Shown: piece after piece, positions 50,688-64,000 of the stretch
Layout of the letters: each line of letters begins with the position of its first letter
How positions within the stretch are numbered: the first letter of the stretch is position 1
Source: Azolla caroliniana
Taxonomy: Eukaryota; Plantae; Polypodiophyta
Reading direction: 5' to 3'
NCBI GenBank assembly: GCA_043228905.1
Contig: JBHGNT010000015.1
Span: 16,678,001-16,742,000, forward strand
DNA length: 64,000 bases
Translations under genes and position numbers: made by a program
The notes under the pieces: generated by a model
Told to the model about the DNA's origin: nothing
The model's input: the letters and a program-made list of their open reading frames with translations, nothing else
The model's database searches: none

Positions 50688-53600
50688 CACACACACAGAA
50701 TCACAATCTGCATACTTTTTTGGGTGGGAGGTGAATGAACTCTGTAACCCGAATTAATTAGTGATGAATGGATCCACAAAGGAATGAATGGCTTCCCAAT
50801 TCTGATGCGATATGAGATCTTAAAGGGGGCATTTCTCTTATGAGGATGTAGGAGACACTCCACACTCTCATTGGTTTTTCTGCTCCACCAATCCAATGGG
50901 GGACTTTCGGTGGGGTGTGGGCAAAGCTCAATTGGAAGAAGAGAGAGAAAATGGGCGGGGGGGGTGGGCTATGTCTGTATTATTATAACAAAAAAAAAGA
51001 GAATTAGCCAGAAAAAGGCAGAGAGAGAGAGAGAGAGAGAGAGGATCATTCCTGCACAGGGGAGAAAAGAAACACCTTTTTTGTGTTTTGTCTCTTTTTT
51101 GTTCACTTGGGATTTTGATTAAATGGATAATCAGAAGAACGAGAAAGATGCTTGATTAATCATCATCATCATCATCATGGCGACAGACGCATGTGATCTA
51201 TACATACTTGCACACTAATTTACGGCTTCTCAAGAGCATCAAAGAAAGAGGTTACACCCCATTGGAAATTACAATGGAAATGGTTGATAAAGAGGAAGAT
51301 GTTGAAAGGTTACTGAACTTGCAAAAAGAGCGAGAAATTTTACATACTGAAAATTCAAATGATATCCTCAATAGTATGCAAGATGAGGACATTGAAGACA
51401 GTTATGTTGTTGGTAGTAATGAGGCACATTCTAGTGAGAGTCCTCAAACAAATTACTATGTCAATTGAACTAGTAGAATTTCTAGTAGAATTTTGGTTAG
51501 TGTCATATTTTCTTCGTATTCTCGAATATAAGCTTTATGAGTTTTTGAATCTTTGATGATAGTTTATAATGACATAGTTCACTTGTTGGGATTGAGAGTG
51601 AATCAATATATAATATAGGCCATATTCAATCCAATCAAACGTGTCAATCCAATCCAACTTGGAGATGATTTACCATACACGTATGATTGAATCATTCGCG
51701 CACGCGAATGCACGTATGATACGTATGGTTCATTCTATGCTACCCACTTTACATATTTGCACACATTTACATAAATGTGCGTGTGTTTACACATATTAAT
51801 ATACTCACACTTACTCATGTGCACACTTGCACATACTTACAACATGACTTTTAATACAAGACTTTACATGTATCCATCCACGTACCATCACTTATACACT
51901 CATACACTTACAATCCCATGGATAACTTTGCAACTTGGTCGTCAGCCCAAGTTATGCAAGCCACAAATTGGATGAGTGAAGAAAGGGTACAATGGGAAAA
52001 GACCAAAATGGTGCAACAACAAGAGGACGAGTTGAAACAGTACCTCCTAACCAAACTCTGGAAAGTTGGTCGCCCTACCATTATCTCACCCCATATATAG
52101 CATTGAGTGCACATCATGAAAATCAACCACTTTAGAACTTTCAATGTGTGCCAAATATCACACCTCAAAACAAGAAGTAGATAAATGGCATGCCACTCTT
52201 CCCAAAGAGCATATCAACATTGCCAATGAACAATTTCAAGTGTCCGAGACATGCATTCGAGCAATGGAGGCTTGCATTACCCCTATGGCAAAACAGTTGA
52301 CCAATGCTAACCAAAGTGCCACCACAACAACTGCCAATGTCGACACTAATGCAACATCAACCCTATGATTGGCAATTATACAATTAGAGATAGCTATGTG
52401 GTGTGTAATTAGTGCACATCCATGTGGAAGATGATGCCCATTCTAGTAGTGCTTTCCAATAATTGCTCAAATACCAAATTGGGGAACATCTAAAGGAGAA
52501 GAACTTACCCTCCAACACCATACACCATGGGCTTCATGCAACTAGCACTCATGCCTGGATCACTTCTTAGCATGCCCAACACTACCATGGAATGTCACCA
52601 TACCTATTGTATCTACTACGTGGGCAACGTTGTATCGACGGCTTGGCAATGTTGGGTTGCCAATGCCATGGACGTCCATTTGATTGATCCACTTTGGTCA
52701 ATCAAACATTATATAGCAATGTGTGTGGACCTAGATCCAATTGATTGATGATACAAGATAGGAGTAACCTCATATATTGCTCCTAAGAGTAGAAGATAGA
52801 GATATAACCATAACCAATAAACATTATGTAACAAACAAAGTGGCCAAGTGACATCACAATTTATGGATAATACATCAGAGATGTAAACTCATGATGCACT
52901 TAACCAATGAAGATAGTTATACAAGAATACATTCAATTTATTTGACAACCTTGAGGTCACCCACTAGATTACGGTTTCACTTAATAATAATAATAATAGT
53001 GACCACACACAAGTAATGTATTAACTTTTGGACACCACCAGCCCTTTGAGACCATAGGTTAGCTCTTAGTAATCCTAATGGCTACGCACAAGAAATGTAT
53101 TAACTCTTCGACACCACCAACGCTATTGACCGACACACCATTCTATCAACCATAACCATAAGTTCAAAGTGCTTGCTCAAGTGCTTTATCTTGTTCCCCC
53201 TCCATATCACTCGATCCCTTGGATTTCCACTTCATTTTTGGGTTCTAAAAACCCAATCATTTGGTGGGGCTCGAAGTCCTCACATGATTTTTCTTGTTTT
53301 TTATTATTGCTATTCCCCACATAGATGTTGCACTTTGATTTCAAGCTTAAACTCAAGGCTAGGTGTATAACCCCTAACTGTCAAATTTGTCTCTTTAACC
53401 CTCCTTTCTGGATTTTTCATGCAAGAAAACCCCTTTGCTTTCCCCTTCACACTAATTCCCCTTTAATTTCTTTTTGAAAGCCTATCCTTATTCAGCCTCT
53501 CTAACATACACCTTGAGATGTTCCTATAAACCTCCTTGCAATATCTCTATATAAACACACACACACACACAACCCCCCTTCACCTCATTTATATGAGCAT

Positions 53601-55564
53601 ATTGTTTGAAATATGCATGCCTATAGAAATAGGAAACTTCATTGATATTTAAAACCCCAAAAATCACTCACTCAAAAATGCTCACTAACAAGACTTTGCA
53701 TGCACTCTAGAGAGGAACTTGAACACCAACATTAATTTCAGGTATACACTATGGTAAAGAAGGTAGGTTTTAGGACTAAAGGAGATTTTAGAATACATTT
53801 AAGACATTGGCTAAGGTTCACCAAAACCAAGTTGAAATACCACTATAGGAAGGACAAATATGGGAGTGCTTTCTCTCCATCGGTACTTCAATTGTTGTAA
53901 ATAACCTATTACTAGTAAACGTGGGCAAGAGCAATGTTTAATGTAACATTGTTCAAACTATACAAGTAAATTTTGATGATGGTTAGATAAACTTGGAGTA
54001 AAAATTTGTCAATGGCATATCTAAAGCGAGATTTAATCAATCGTATGCTTATGGTAATTGAACAATGTATATGGACGTGCATTAGTTGATTCCATATCTA
54101 AATAAGTCTAAAGAAAGAAGTCGTGATCAAGATTCAATCATTTATATAATAGTCGTATGTTATGTTTGTACAATTATTGAATTGATTAAATATTGAATTC
54201 CTTCTATACGTATTGCGATAGTGTGATCAGAACAAATTAAGATTGCATTGACTTATAGTATATTTGTGAATGAGATAATAAATGTGAATGCGAGAGTACA
54301 AGTGACGATGAACCGCTGACAATAACAATTAACAATACACAGGTAACTTGATTCCACACCTAATCACAATACTTGATCAAGATTAAAATGAGTTAGGCTA
54401 TCGTAATCAAATTCAATCATATGCATATCATTAATTTGCCAACACATCATAGGGTGTACACAACATCTAGGGGGCTAATGAGAGTGGTGGTTAGATATCA
54501 TAATACTTGACTTTTTTACAATAAAAATATATTGTATTTTGCCTAGTGTTAGAATGAAGTATGACAGTCCTTATAACTTCCAAGAATATGACTTTCAATG
54601 AAAGACATGGCCTAACTTTGAGATATGGACATTTCATGAATATTGATTATAGTTTGTTCTATTAAAAATAAACGTTGCTTATAGTTTGTTTTATATTTAA
54701 GTGAAACCACAAATAAATAATTGCCTATTTCATGATGTTTGGATGTAAACAATCCCCATAACTTTGAATAATATGATTTAAAACAAAATGTCCCTAACAT
54801 TGACATATAGGCATTTCATAAACATTGCATCCATCCTTGAAGTATACAATCACTTTATGTCTCAAAAGCTTTGGATGTGTAATTACTAGAACTACCCTCG
54901 TAGTATTTCGAAAATTGTGGTGGCAAAATTTGCATCTTTTCTAAGCAAGAATCCCCACATCATACCAATGGTAGGCCTCAGAACTACGAAAGCGGAATGT
55001 CAAGAATCGTGATCATGAAATTTACATATTTTTTACACTTTGGCACACATTTTAAATGGATAACTACAATTGCGTATATCAAGAATCGGAACCATGAAAT
55101 TTTGCATCATTTCAAGAATCAGGACCATGAAAGCTAGATTCCTCATGGCATACAAATGGAATCGAACTAACATAGTAATATATCATGAATTGTGACCATT
55201 AAATTTGTATCTTTTCAAAGCTAGAATTGTCATATCATGTTGTTTCAAAAATTATGCTACAATGAAATGAAACAAACCTAAGTTTGTGTGTTGTGTGTGT
55301 ATCACATATTTTATTTTATTTTTAAGGAAGATACACCTTAGTATATTACTTGAAAAGTCTACATAAGAAAAACAGAAGGAGACATTTCATCTCACTTCTT
55401 TTTGTAAGATACAAAAGCTAGTGCATCTGATGGTACAGATGATGTCATATATGTGTATCACATATTTCTCTTTAACTTAAAAGATAATTATTTGATATAA
55501 CCACCATAGAGATATGTATATCAAGGTAGTTTTTTTATTATGTCCATGCTCAATCAATACAGTG

Positions 55565-55571
55565 TATAAAT
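55565..55571 (+). promoter_or_regulatory. Putative TATA box of the GDSL gene
   Basis: TATAAAT about 50 bp upstream of the ATG. Confidence 0.4.
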
Positions 55572-55620
55572 TGAAGATGATTCTATCCTCTTAGTCTTAT
55601 CTCCTTCATTGGGTTCCAAA

Positions 55621-55891
55621 ATGAAGAATTCAAATAGTGTTGAAGTACTAATATTGGCAATACTTATAAATATTTTGTGGATAGGGGTACCAAGAGTTTT
55701 TGCAAACTGCGATATTCCGGCAATATTTGCCTTTGGTGACTCTCTTTCTGATACAGGCAATTGTGCACTCTCTCAATCACCTGCTGCCATTGCTTTTTGC
55801 AACCGCACACGGGACCTCCCTTTCGGCGAGACCTTTCCTCACCATGGGTTCCTTCGATTCTCTGATGGCCTTCTCATTATCGATTGGCTAT
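55621..55891 (+). CDS. GDSL lipase exon 1
   Basis: Signal peptide, GDSL motif; donor GTATGT at 55892. Confidence 0.88.
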
Positions 55892-57608
55892 GTATGTTCC
55901 CCACACATCACCTTAATCTTTACTAAGACATTAACGTCAAGATCTTCTCTTTGTTGTGTAGTAATATGGTACACATTAAAACATGTTTTCCTCTTCTTCT
56001 TCTTTTCCAAAAAAAACACTACTTCACATTAGTTAGCAAACAAATTACATCATAGACCACCAACAATTCATTAACCCTCACTTTGGCCTTCTCACCAAAG
56101 TGGACATAGTCCCCACCTCATTTTCAACAAAAGTATCCCAACAACTCTTATAACCTAGTAATTTGTACCATATCTATACATATTTACAGCACCTGTTCCC
56201 TGATGGAAGCCATTGGCGGAAACAGCCATCAGGGTGCTTAGTAGTTCCATTCAGGCCCTAATGATGATTTGCCCACCATAGGAGATCTACCCCATTTCAG
56301 CAGGAACTTTGACCGAGCTCTTTCAGCTGCATCAAATTCTCCATAAATCGAGTCGTATCCTCCCCGTAGCCAAGATACCAGTTCGAACCAGATATTTAAC
56401 AACACCTCCCTCTTACTCTTAGTTGCTAAAATAAGTTAACCTTGATGAAAGTAGAGAGATAGAACCGCACAGACACAATCTTTGTTCCTATAAGCCTTAG
56501 TAATGTTTCCAAACATTTATCTCTCTTACCATTAAAAAAAACTAATGTTTGCCCACCTGTTGCTTACCTCCAAGTCCAATATATAAATAACATGCCATTT
56601 TTTACATGGTCCAAGCTATAGTTGACATAGTTTTGTGGTGTAGGTTAAGAAATTTTAGTAAGATGATGTATATTATGACAAAAATGTATAAAGATAAGGA
56701 TTTGAACCCATGACCTTGTAGGGATAACCCAAACTAGAGTAGGGATACTAATATAAGTTCAAATTGATATAATTAATTTTTACTGCCATATAGAGAAAAT
56801 CTAGTTGTTTCGAACTACAATAAATCAAACATGGTACTTTATAACAAAATGATTTTTGAAGTCAAATTTTCAAAGAGCTTGTGTTTTAATTACTTGGACT
56901 CTATTAACTAGTATCACTATGTATGATGTATAGAAGCTTCATATCATGAAATTACAAAGATTTCATAGGAAAATAGTCTACTTTATGCAATGAAAATCCA
57001 AAGATAGAGGAGTACTCATTGCAAAGATGTGATACCTCATATTGAAGTTGAAACATACTAATGTGCATGAAAAATCTGTTTTATGTAAAGAAGTACTAGC
57101 AGTTGACTAGAAAGACAAGATAGCGACAATATTTAAAGAGTGAGATATTGTTGTGTCCTCAAATATTTCTTGGCATATTAACTTTGCATACTGCCTACAA
57201 ATTGTAGTCGACTTGTCTAATGATTGACGTAAGTCTATTTGATAGATTTTGTTGTAGTCCTAGACAAAATAAGAGATCAAAAGAGTGAATGAATAGGAGA
57301 AAGTGATTGAAGAAGATAGGTACATATTTAGATCTTGTCTAGTTTAAAAAATATCTTATACAACCAATTAATAGTCTCACCAAGTCAAGTCACATGAGGG
57401 GATAGTTGGGGGCTTGAGGATCCAAATTCTTGGATTACTACTAGTGATCCATGAAGACTTGCTCAAATGCTTTCTTTGCGATCTTCATAGGTTTATACAA
57501 AATTTGTTGGCACTTTATAACTTTGGGTTTACTAGATAGCGCGTCAACATCCGTGAGGACCATCACAATTATTTCCCCGGTTGATTCTTCGAAGCCCGTT
57601 CCCTTGGT

Positions 57609-57639
<31 letters not shown>

Positions 57640-60600
57640 TGGGAATCTCGTTAATCCATTCATGCGCATCACTAATTAGATGATGAGGCATTTGGCTACC
57701 TTAAGCCGTCATTTACCCGCGCTTGGTGAGTAAAATCTCATGGGAGAAGTATTTTCTTGCAATAACCAATTTAATTGCCATCCTAGTACCCGTGTGTCGA
57801 CGCCATTAAATTGGTTGTAGTAATATTGTCATAATTTTCACATGCAATAATCATGATTGTATCAAATTGTATGAAGTTGAGAGAGCGGGAGATAGAGATT
57901 TATAGTTCCTTTAATGTATACATTATTGGAAATTCATGATTCAGCTAGTTCGATCGGGCTTGAGTTCATCCAACCCTACTTTGATAAGAATGCGAACTTC
58001 AAAAATGGTATTAATTTTGCATATGCTGGAGCTCCTGCACTTCCTACTTCATTTCTTAATAGCATGGGGATCTTCACAACAACTAATGTCTCCCTTAGTG
58101 ATGAAATTTCATGGTATTTACAAGTTAAGGCTAAAATAGCATCAAATCCATACAAATTTATCCCAGGTAACAGAAGGAAACTTTATTACAAAATTTTATA
58201 TTTGTTTTGCCAATCTATTATATCTTGAATGAAATTATTTTCATTAGGAAAACCTACATTGGCTTCCTTTGATCGTGGACTATACATAATGGAGATTGGA
58301 GGCAATGACTATCTTGCTGCGTTTGCTGCAAATCAAACACCTGATTATGTCAACAAAAATTTGGTGCCGCTCGTAGCTCAAAAAATACGCACTAGCATTG
58401 AAGTAGGTTATCAAAACTTGAATACAATCTTCACAATTGTTACTCCAATTTGCATAAAAATTAAGCATTTAAGGTCTCTCTCATTTTGCAATATTTGTAG
58501 TAGACAAGAATAATTTATGCATGTGTATGTCTTTGTGAGAGAGAATGAGGTAGATATCTTTTTTGTGTCCATAGGAGACCTATCTGTGATCTATGGGATG
58601 GGGATGATGGAGGACTGAACTTGGGTTCTATTATAAAAGTCATGGATGTGGATGTAACTCAAGTTGTAAGATCAAATCTTGGAGAATAGAACATCATGTA
58701 CTCAACCTCTACAGTCAATAGTTTCATCCACAGATTGAAACATTCAGACATGTGTGTTTATTATCCTCAAAGTTCATATATGATCTATGAGACCAAACAT
58801 GAAATATTTCACATAGTGTGGAATTAAGTAATGATTCTCAATGGTCCAAGAATTTTAGTGACGAGCCTTACAATAGAGAGTGCATGTTTGATTGTCAAAG
58901 GAGTATGTGTAAGGAGTGGACTAGTCGACAATGTGTGGAAAGCTCGAATATGGTGCAACAAAGAATGTTATATCAAAGTGTGATGATCAAGACTCCTAAA
59001 CTTGTTTAGAGAAAAATATGCATAGTTGGTGTGACTTGAAGGATTTTTTTATGACTTGAAGGATCAGGTCGAAGTGTAGGTTAGCCTAAATGCTAACTAA
59101 TGGTATTAGAGTGACAAGCTCTTCTATGAAAAAGTGAGAAAGAACTTTCAAAGACCCAACAATGCCTACAAGGAGCTTAAGTGTAACATACAAGAGAATA
59201 AGAGAAGAAAGAGATGAATGGTCATTGAGAAGAAAGGGAAGTGTTCAACAATGCTAGAAGTTAAATTACTAGAAGATAGTCCCCATGTAATCACATGCTT
59301 TGATCACTAGGTTATCACACAAGGGAAACTCTTGTGGAACTGTACAACTCATAGAAGAGGAGGCTTGGAGGTTTGAAAGTTTGACCACATAAAATTTTCA
59401 TGATGGAAGAATCTAATTCATGATGTTTAATTTGGAGGTAGGAATAGAAGTCATTAGATGGCAAGAATACATTAGCATGACTAATTAGATTATGAGGATC
59501 TTGATCATCTTCCAATGTTGACAATCTGACTCCATCTCGCAGATAGTCCATACATTTTTGTAGTAAATTGCCAAAACTCAAGGGATATGCCAAAGAAGTT
59601 CCACAACAAGTATGAGAAGAAGACCATATCAAACAACTTTGATTAACGTTAAATCCTTTGGAAATGCCTCCTATGTATTATAAGTTGAAAGTGGGGTACA
59701 TTTCTGAAACATTATTTCTAATGTGGCATGTTAAGAAACCAAACGGGAGAGAGAGAGGGGGGGCGGGAGAGAGGGAGGGAGTTTAGGGATCGGTTTGGTT
59801 CAAGTTTGAGAACCCCTAAACTGGTTTAGGCTTAACCAGTTTGGCTTGGATCAGGCCAAACCGGTTAAGCCTAAACCGAACCGTTGTCGATTCCTACTAG
59901 TCACTAGTGTATACAGGGATATTATTTATTTTATGTAGGGATAAATCTAGGTCAATATCGTAGTGTGTTGATAATTGCCTGGAATAAGTCTCTCTCTCGA
60001 GTAGTGATGAGTGATACACATGGTAGAGATGTTGCAGTTGAGATTTTGCTTGAAGGGAGTGGTGCATAAATAGTTCAGATTTTATGCTAGACATTTTGTG
60101 GAGAGCAATGGCGTTAGAACATAATGCACACAAATGTTTTGTGGAAAATTATTGTATTCGAAACCTCTAGTCTATTGTCACCATAGGAGAGCTAAATGTG
60201 TTACCTAGTCCGACATCATGTTAACGACATGGCTTGCTTGGTCTATGATCCACACAATGTCATAAGGATCACAGAAACCTAGAGGGGGTCAACGTAGTCA
60301 ATTGACGGTTATGTAACCTTGATTTATTAATACAAAAAAATGGATAGCGTAAGGTGCTCATTGCTCTCTAAAAACTTAGTTTATCATCATTCCATTTGTT
60401 GTTGAGATCCACCCATGTGCCAAGAAGTATTCAAAGAGTTTGTGTATTTTGGGAACTAATCATCATGGTGCAATCATAGTTACCCACGTCCTTTGCATAC
60501 TCATCCCTTGTGAGTAATAATTGAATCCAATTTGCAATGTAATGTTCTTGGTGATTTACTTTCAATCACTACTGATCTCTTCCATAGTGAACAAATAGTA

Positions 60601-62199
60601 TGTGAGAGTTGGACCAAGTTACAGTATTTCAACTGAGCACCACGTAGAGACACTAAAAAGTTTGGCAATGTGGATGCACCTCACATAACTTATTTCCCCA
60701 AATGATCGTTCCATCACTTAACCATTTTCATTGGCTTTCTTAATGCTTCTTTGATATTTTTTATACACTTTCACTCATACAAGAATGATAGAGCTTTATA
60801 AGGTCATCAATATGTGTGATGTGTTGCTTACCACATGTAGAACAAGAATTTTCAAGTATGTTCTCAAAAGTTAACTTTGAGAATAAACCAAACATTCCCA
60901 AGGAATCAATGAGGGGCATGACTGTGTTTTGTGAGTTATGAACGTGACATTCTTTCACACAATGAATATCACTTCATATGCAACCATGGACGCATGTGTT
61001 CATTTGCCCCTTTAAGAGAAAGAGAAATAGAGAGAATTACCACATGATGATGAAACCATAAAGAGATAGAGTTGAAACTTTATAAGCGATTGTCGATGTA
61101 AAAGAACTTTACTAATAAACATTGTGATCAAGTGCACCTAATGATTGAGTAATAGGAGTAGGGGTAGATCATGCTTGAATATTTGGGAATACTAAGGCCC
61201 AACTTTATCAAAGGTGGGTAATGATGCATAGTGCTATAGACTCATGATAAGGCCAAAACATGCATGATCAATGGGTCTCCTTTGTTGCCCAGATGAATGC
61301 AAGTTGTATGTTATCCCATTGGATCTAGATTCATGGTAGACCATCAAATATGCACCAACTATGCATATTTGAATGCAATTTTATTATTTCAATGCTCCAT
61401 GCAAATCTTATTCCTTGGAATATATACAAATATCTATGGGTATTACAAGAAAACCTTTTAAAAAATATTTATATAACCACCATATCAATTTTTTTATCTT
61501 CTAAAACACCCATATATTTCTCTTACATTGTGTTATGTTTTTAGTTAGTCATCGATATAATTACGCAAAAAACCTCTAATCGAGTTCATGTACATACTTA
61601 TTTTCTTAGATTCTCTACAAGACTGGTGCTAGGAAGTTCCTTCTTATACCAGTGACACCTTTCGGTTGTGTCCCATTTGTTCTTGCTATCTTCAATGGCA
61701 TTAAAGACAAATATGGATGTCTTATTGAATACAACTCGGTCTCCTATAATCATGGTAGGCAAGTGTTAGGGGTGACAGAGTATTTAAGAGAAACATACCA
61801 TGATGCAAGTTTCACTTTCCTCGACTACTATGGTGCCTATTACTATTTTATCGAACACAACTTCGAATTTGGTATATATTCATTTATATACTAACTACAT
61901 TTTTAATATATCTCAAAATATTTCTACTTTTCTCATTTACTTTGTATTTAAACATTGTGCCAGGGTTCACCGATACATTGGACGCATGTTGCGGTGCTGG
62001 ACCTGCATTTCCTTACAATTTCAACCCTCTTTTATATTGCAATGCAGGGTCATTTGTGTGTCCATATCCAAAAACATACCTTAATTGGGATGGTTTTCAC
62101 TTTACTCATGCATTCAATTTACAAGTCTTTCATTTAACTATTATTAAAGGGTTGTACCTCAACCCCTCCAATGCATTTGAATTCTGCTACAATCCTTAA
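55621..62199 (+). CDS. GDSL esterase/lipase (SGNH hydrolase), secreted, 5 exons, about 381 aa
   Basis: join(55621-55891,57945-58166,58248-58402,61610-61871,61964-62199) = 1146 nt; all introns GT-AG and phase-consistent; signal peptide, FGDSLSDTGN, RFSDG, NFAYAGA, GGNDY, GARKF, PFGC, ACCG, WDGFHFT. Confidence 0.92.
56185..56400 (-). mobile_element. Possible 3' fragment of an L1-type LINE ORF2 in intron 1
   Basis: Minus strand reads IWFELVSWLRGGYDSI..KWGRSP..WNY*AP*WLFPP, which resembles LINE ORF2 C-termini as I recall them; unverified. Confidence 0.4.
57541..57727 (-). pseudogene. Rearranged 25S/28S rRNA fragment in intron 1
   Basis: Antisense of the conserved LSU domain IV sequence (GGGACAGTGGGAATCTCGTTAATCCATTCATGCG..GGCATTTGGCTACCTTAAG). 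Confidence 0.88.
57945..58166 (+). CDS. GDSL lipase exon 2
   Basis: TTCAG acceptor; GINFAYAGA; GTAAC donor. Confidence 0.88.
58248..58402 (+). CDS. GDSL lipase exon 3
   Basis: EIGGNDY; GTAGGT donor. Confidence 0.88.
59100..60130 (+). mobile_element. Highly decayed Copia remnant in intron 3
   Basis: TGGTATTAGAG PBS-like at 59101; TI*LHLADS gag-like peptide near 59520; boundaries uncertain. Confidence 0.35.
59784..59896. repeat. Palindrome or MITE-like remnant
   Basis: TAGGGATCG...CGATTCCTA imperfect TIR; 55-bp hairpin at 59823-59877. Confidence 0.5.
61610..61871 (+). CDS. GDSL lipase exon 4
   Basis: LYKTGARKF..PFGCVP. Confidence 0.88.
61964..62199 (+). CDS. GDSL lipase exon 5
   Basis: ACCG, catalytic DGFH, TAA stop. 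Confidence 0.88.
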
Positions 62200-63580
62200 C
62201 TGCTTGTTAATTTCCACAATCTTTTGGTCCTAATTTGAAGGATAGTTCCACTATTGTATACATATATGTTTAGAATAAATGAAAATAACTTCTCAAATAT
62301 GAAATCATTCTTTCAATTAAGCACTACAATATTTGATCTCCTTAGAATAAGTTTTTCTTGGATGCAACATATTCTGTAAAGGGTGTTTCTATGTTTTCCC
62401 TTGAATGGAGCTACCTAATACCATCAATAGTATTGGGAGAATCGAGATCAATATCTTTGCTAGAAATCTAAGATGTCTTGTACGGGTTTTAGAGGCAATA
62501 TACTAAATGCATACAAATCTCCAATAGCCAATAAAGCAAATAGCATATTCATTTGGGAAACAAAATTAGACTCAAAGTGGGCATTTAAGACATGCCATGT
62601 TATTGATTTATGTAAGTGCTACGAGTTGCAACAAGTTTAAGTACATGTTAATGAAAGCCTACACTACCATTTAGTCACTAAAGTCAATGTTGTGGTGACA
62701 AATATAATGGTTTCTCTTAAACATGTCTTCACGAGTTGACCAATAGAACCCTCTTGTAAGAAAGTTCGTAAACAATGTACATTCTAAGAAATGTCATGTC
62801 ATCGATATACTTCTACATTGGGGTTGCTAAAAGTTTTGGTAGATGTTAGCAAAACATTATCATTAGAATGATCTCAATGTCATGAATACCAAAGTATTTT
62901 CCCAATGATAGCCTCCTTATTAATTAGGAGATAATCATTCGAAATATTCAAAATGCTTAAAAGGCCCAAATTTATGTCATGATTGGCTTAGTTAGAGAGA
63001 AACATTTGAGAATGTAATGGGAATATTTACGAATGAAATGTTTGGTTCCAAAATTTCTTTCAGTGATGTGAACTATGAACCATGGAGTGTTATAAAACAC
63101 ATGGGAATGAATACACTTAAACTTGAAAGTTAAAAACAAATCCAGTAAATGCACCTATCAACATAGTAAGGCCCTTGTGTGTGAACACTAAATTTGGTGA
63201 TTCTAAATCATTTGTCGAGATTTCAATTTTCCCCTCCTAATGACCTACATCATCTTGCATACAATTTCTAGGCAAAGTGACCATTTTTTAATGCATTGGT
63301 TGAGGACAATATTGTGGAGTCATTATTTGTTCTTAATTGTCCCGAAGTTAGGGGGGATGCGAGAATCACAAAGGGGTCGATTAAGCCGAAGTGAAACTCT
63401 CACAACCACGATAGTTTCAAATACCGTGTTTGAGGTAGATGGCTAAAGTTGCATTAAACCACCATGGATGGCGAAGGGAATATGTATAGAATAGAAATCG
63501 TTCGGATTGGAGACGAGGGTTGGAGGTGAACGAGTGAAAGGCAATGTCCGGGGTGAAATGTCCACATAAAAAAACCAGAA

Positions 63581-63583
<3 letters not shown>

Positions 63584-63622
<39 letters not shown>
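63584..63622 (+). repeat. (CT)n microsatellite
   Basis: Seen directly. Confidence 0.95.
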
Positions 63623-63623
<1 letters not shown>

Positions 63624-63626
63624 GAT

Positions 63627-64000
63627 AGGCATGCCATGAGATAGATGAAGGGCAGAAGCTCATATATGCATGCACGCATCCATATAAGGCTTGTGATGAG
63701 ATAGATGAACGACATATGCTCATGTATGCATGTATGTATGTAATGCTTGTGATAAGATAGATAAAAGGCAGACGCTCATGTATGTACGTACATACGTATG
63801 TATGAATGTATGTATGTAGACAGGCTTGTGATGACTCATGCAATAGATGCAAGGCAAAAACTCATGTATGTATGTATCTAGATGGGCTTATGATGGGATA
63901 GATGTAGGGCTGAAGGTCATGTATACATATGTAGATAGATAGGCTTGTGATGAGATAGATGAAGGGCACAAGCTCATGTATGTATGTATGTATGTATGCA
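63627..64000. repeat. Minisatellite, about six units of 55-80 bp
   Basis: Core AGGCTTGTGATGAGATAGATGAAGGGCANAAGCTC followed by variable (ATGT)n. Confidence 0.85.

Noticed and set aside
51193-52748. Short ORFs as exons of a host gene
   Set aside because: No recognisable motifs or consistent splice pattern; probably decayed repeats
53300-53860. Possible solo LTR (TATA-like and (CA)n tract)
   Set aside because: No termini or TSD could be defined
57541-57727. Functional rRNA gene or an R2 element
   Set aside because: Under 200 bp, mutated and rearranged; no R2 ORF at the target site

Overview
Eukaryotic land-plant DNA, probably a large-genome seed-free plant such as a fern (inferred from the TE lineages, rRNA variant and long introns). 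1-5039: two degenerate head-to-tail LINEs with microsatellite tails and a shared 3' hairpin. 6544-50477: one nest of eight LTR insertions, resolved by LTR pairs, PBSs and TSDs. A solo LTR (H) is split by Gypsy A (6868-50458). A contains Copia B (12164-17682) and a compound block (21104-49983) made of Gypsy C (+, holding young Gypsy G) joined to truncated Gypsy F (-). F holds Gypsy D, which holds near-intact Copia E. C, D and F belong to one tRNA-Trp-primed family; D has an exact 4-bp TSD, and all three share a GGAUUUU slippery site plus predicted H-type pseudoknot between protease and RT. G's leader carries an array of five palindromic repeats with hairpin spacers. 55621-62199: an apparently intact five-exon GDSL esterase/lipase gene whose introns contain a scrambled 25S rRNA fragment, LINE and Copia remnants and a palindrome. 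The window ends in a minisatellite. All divergence figures are counts by eye.
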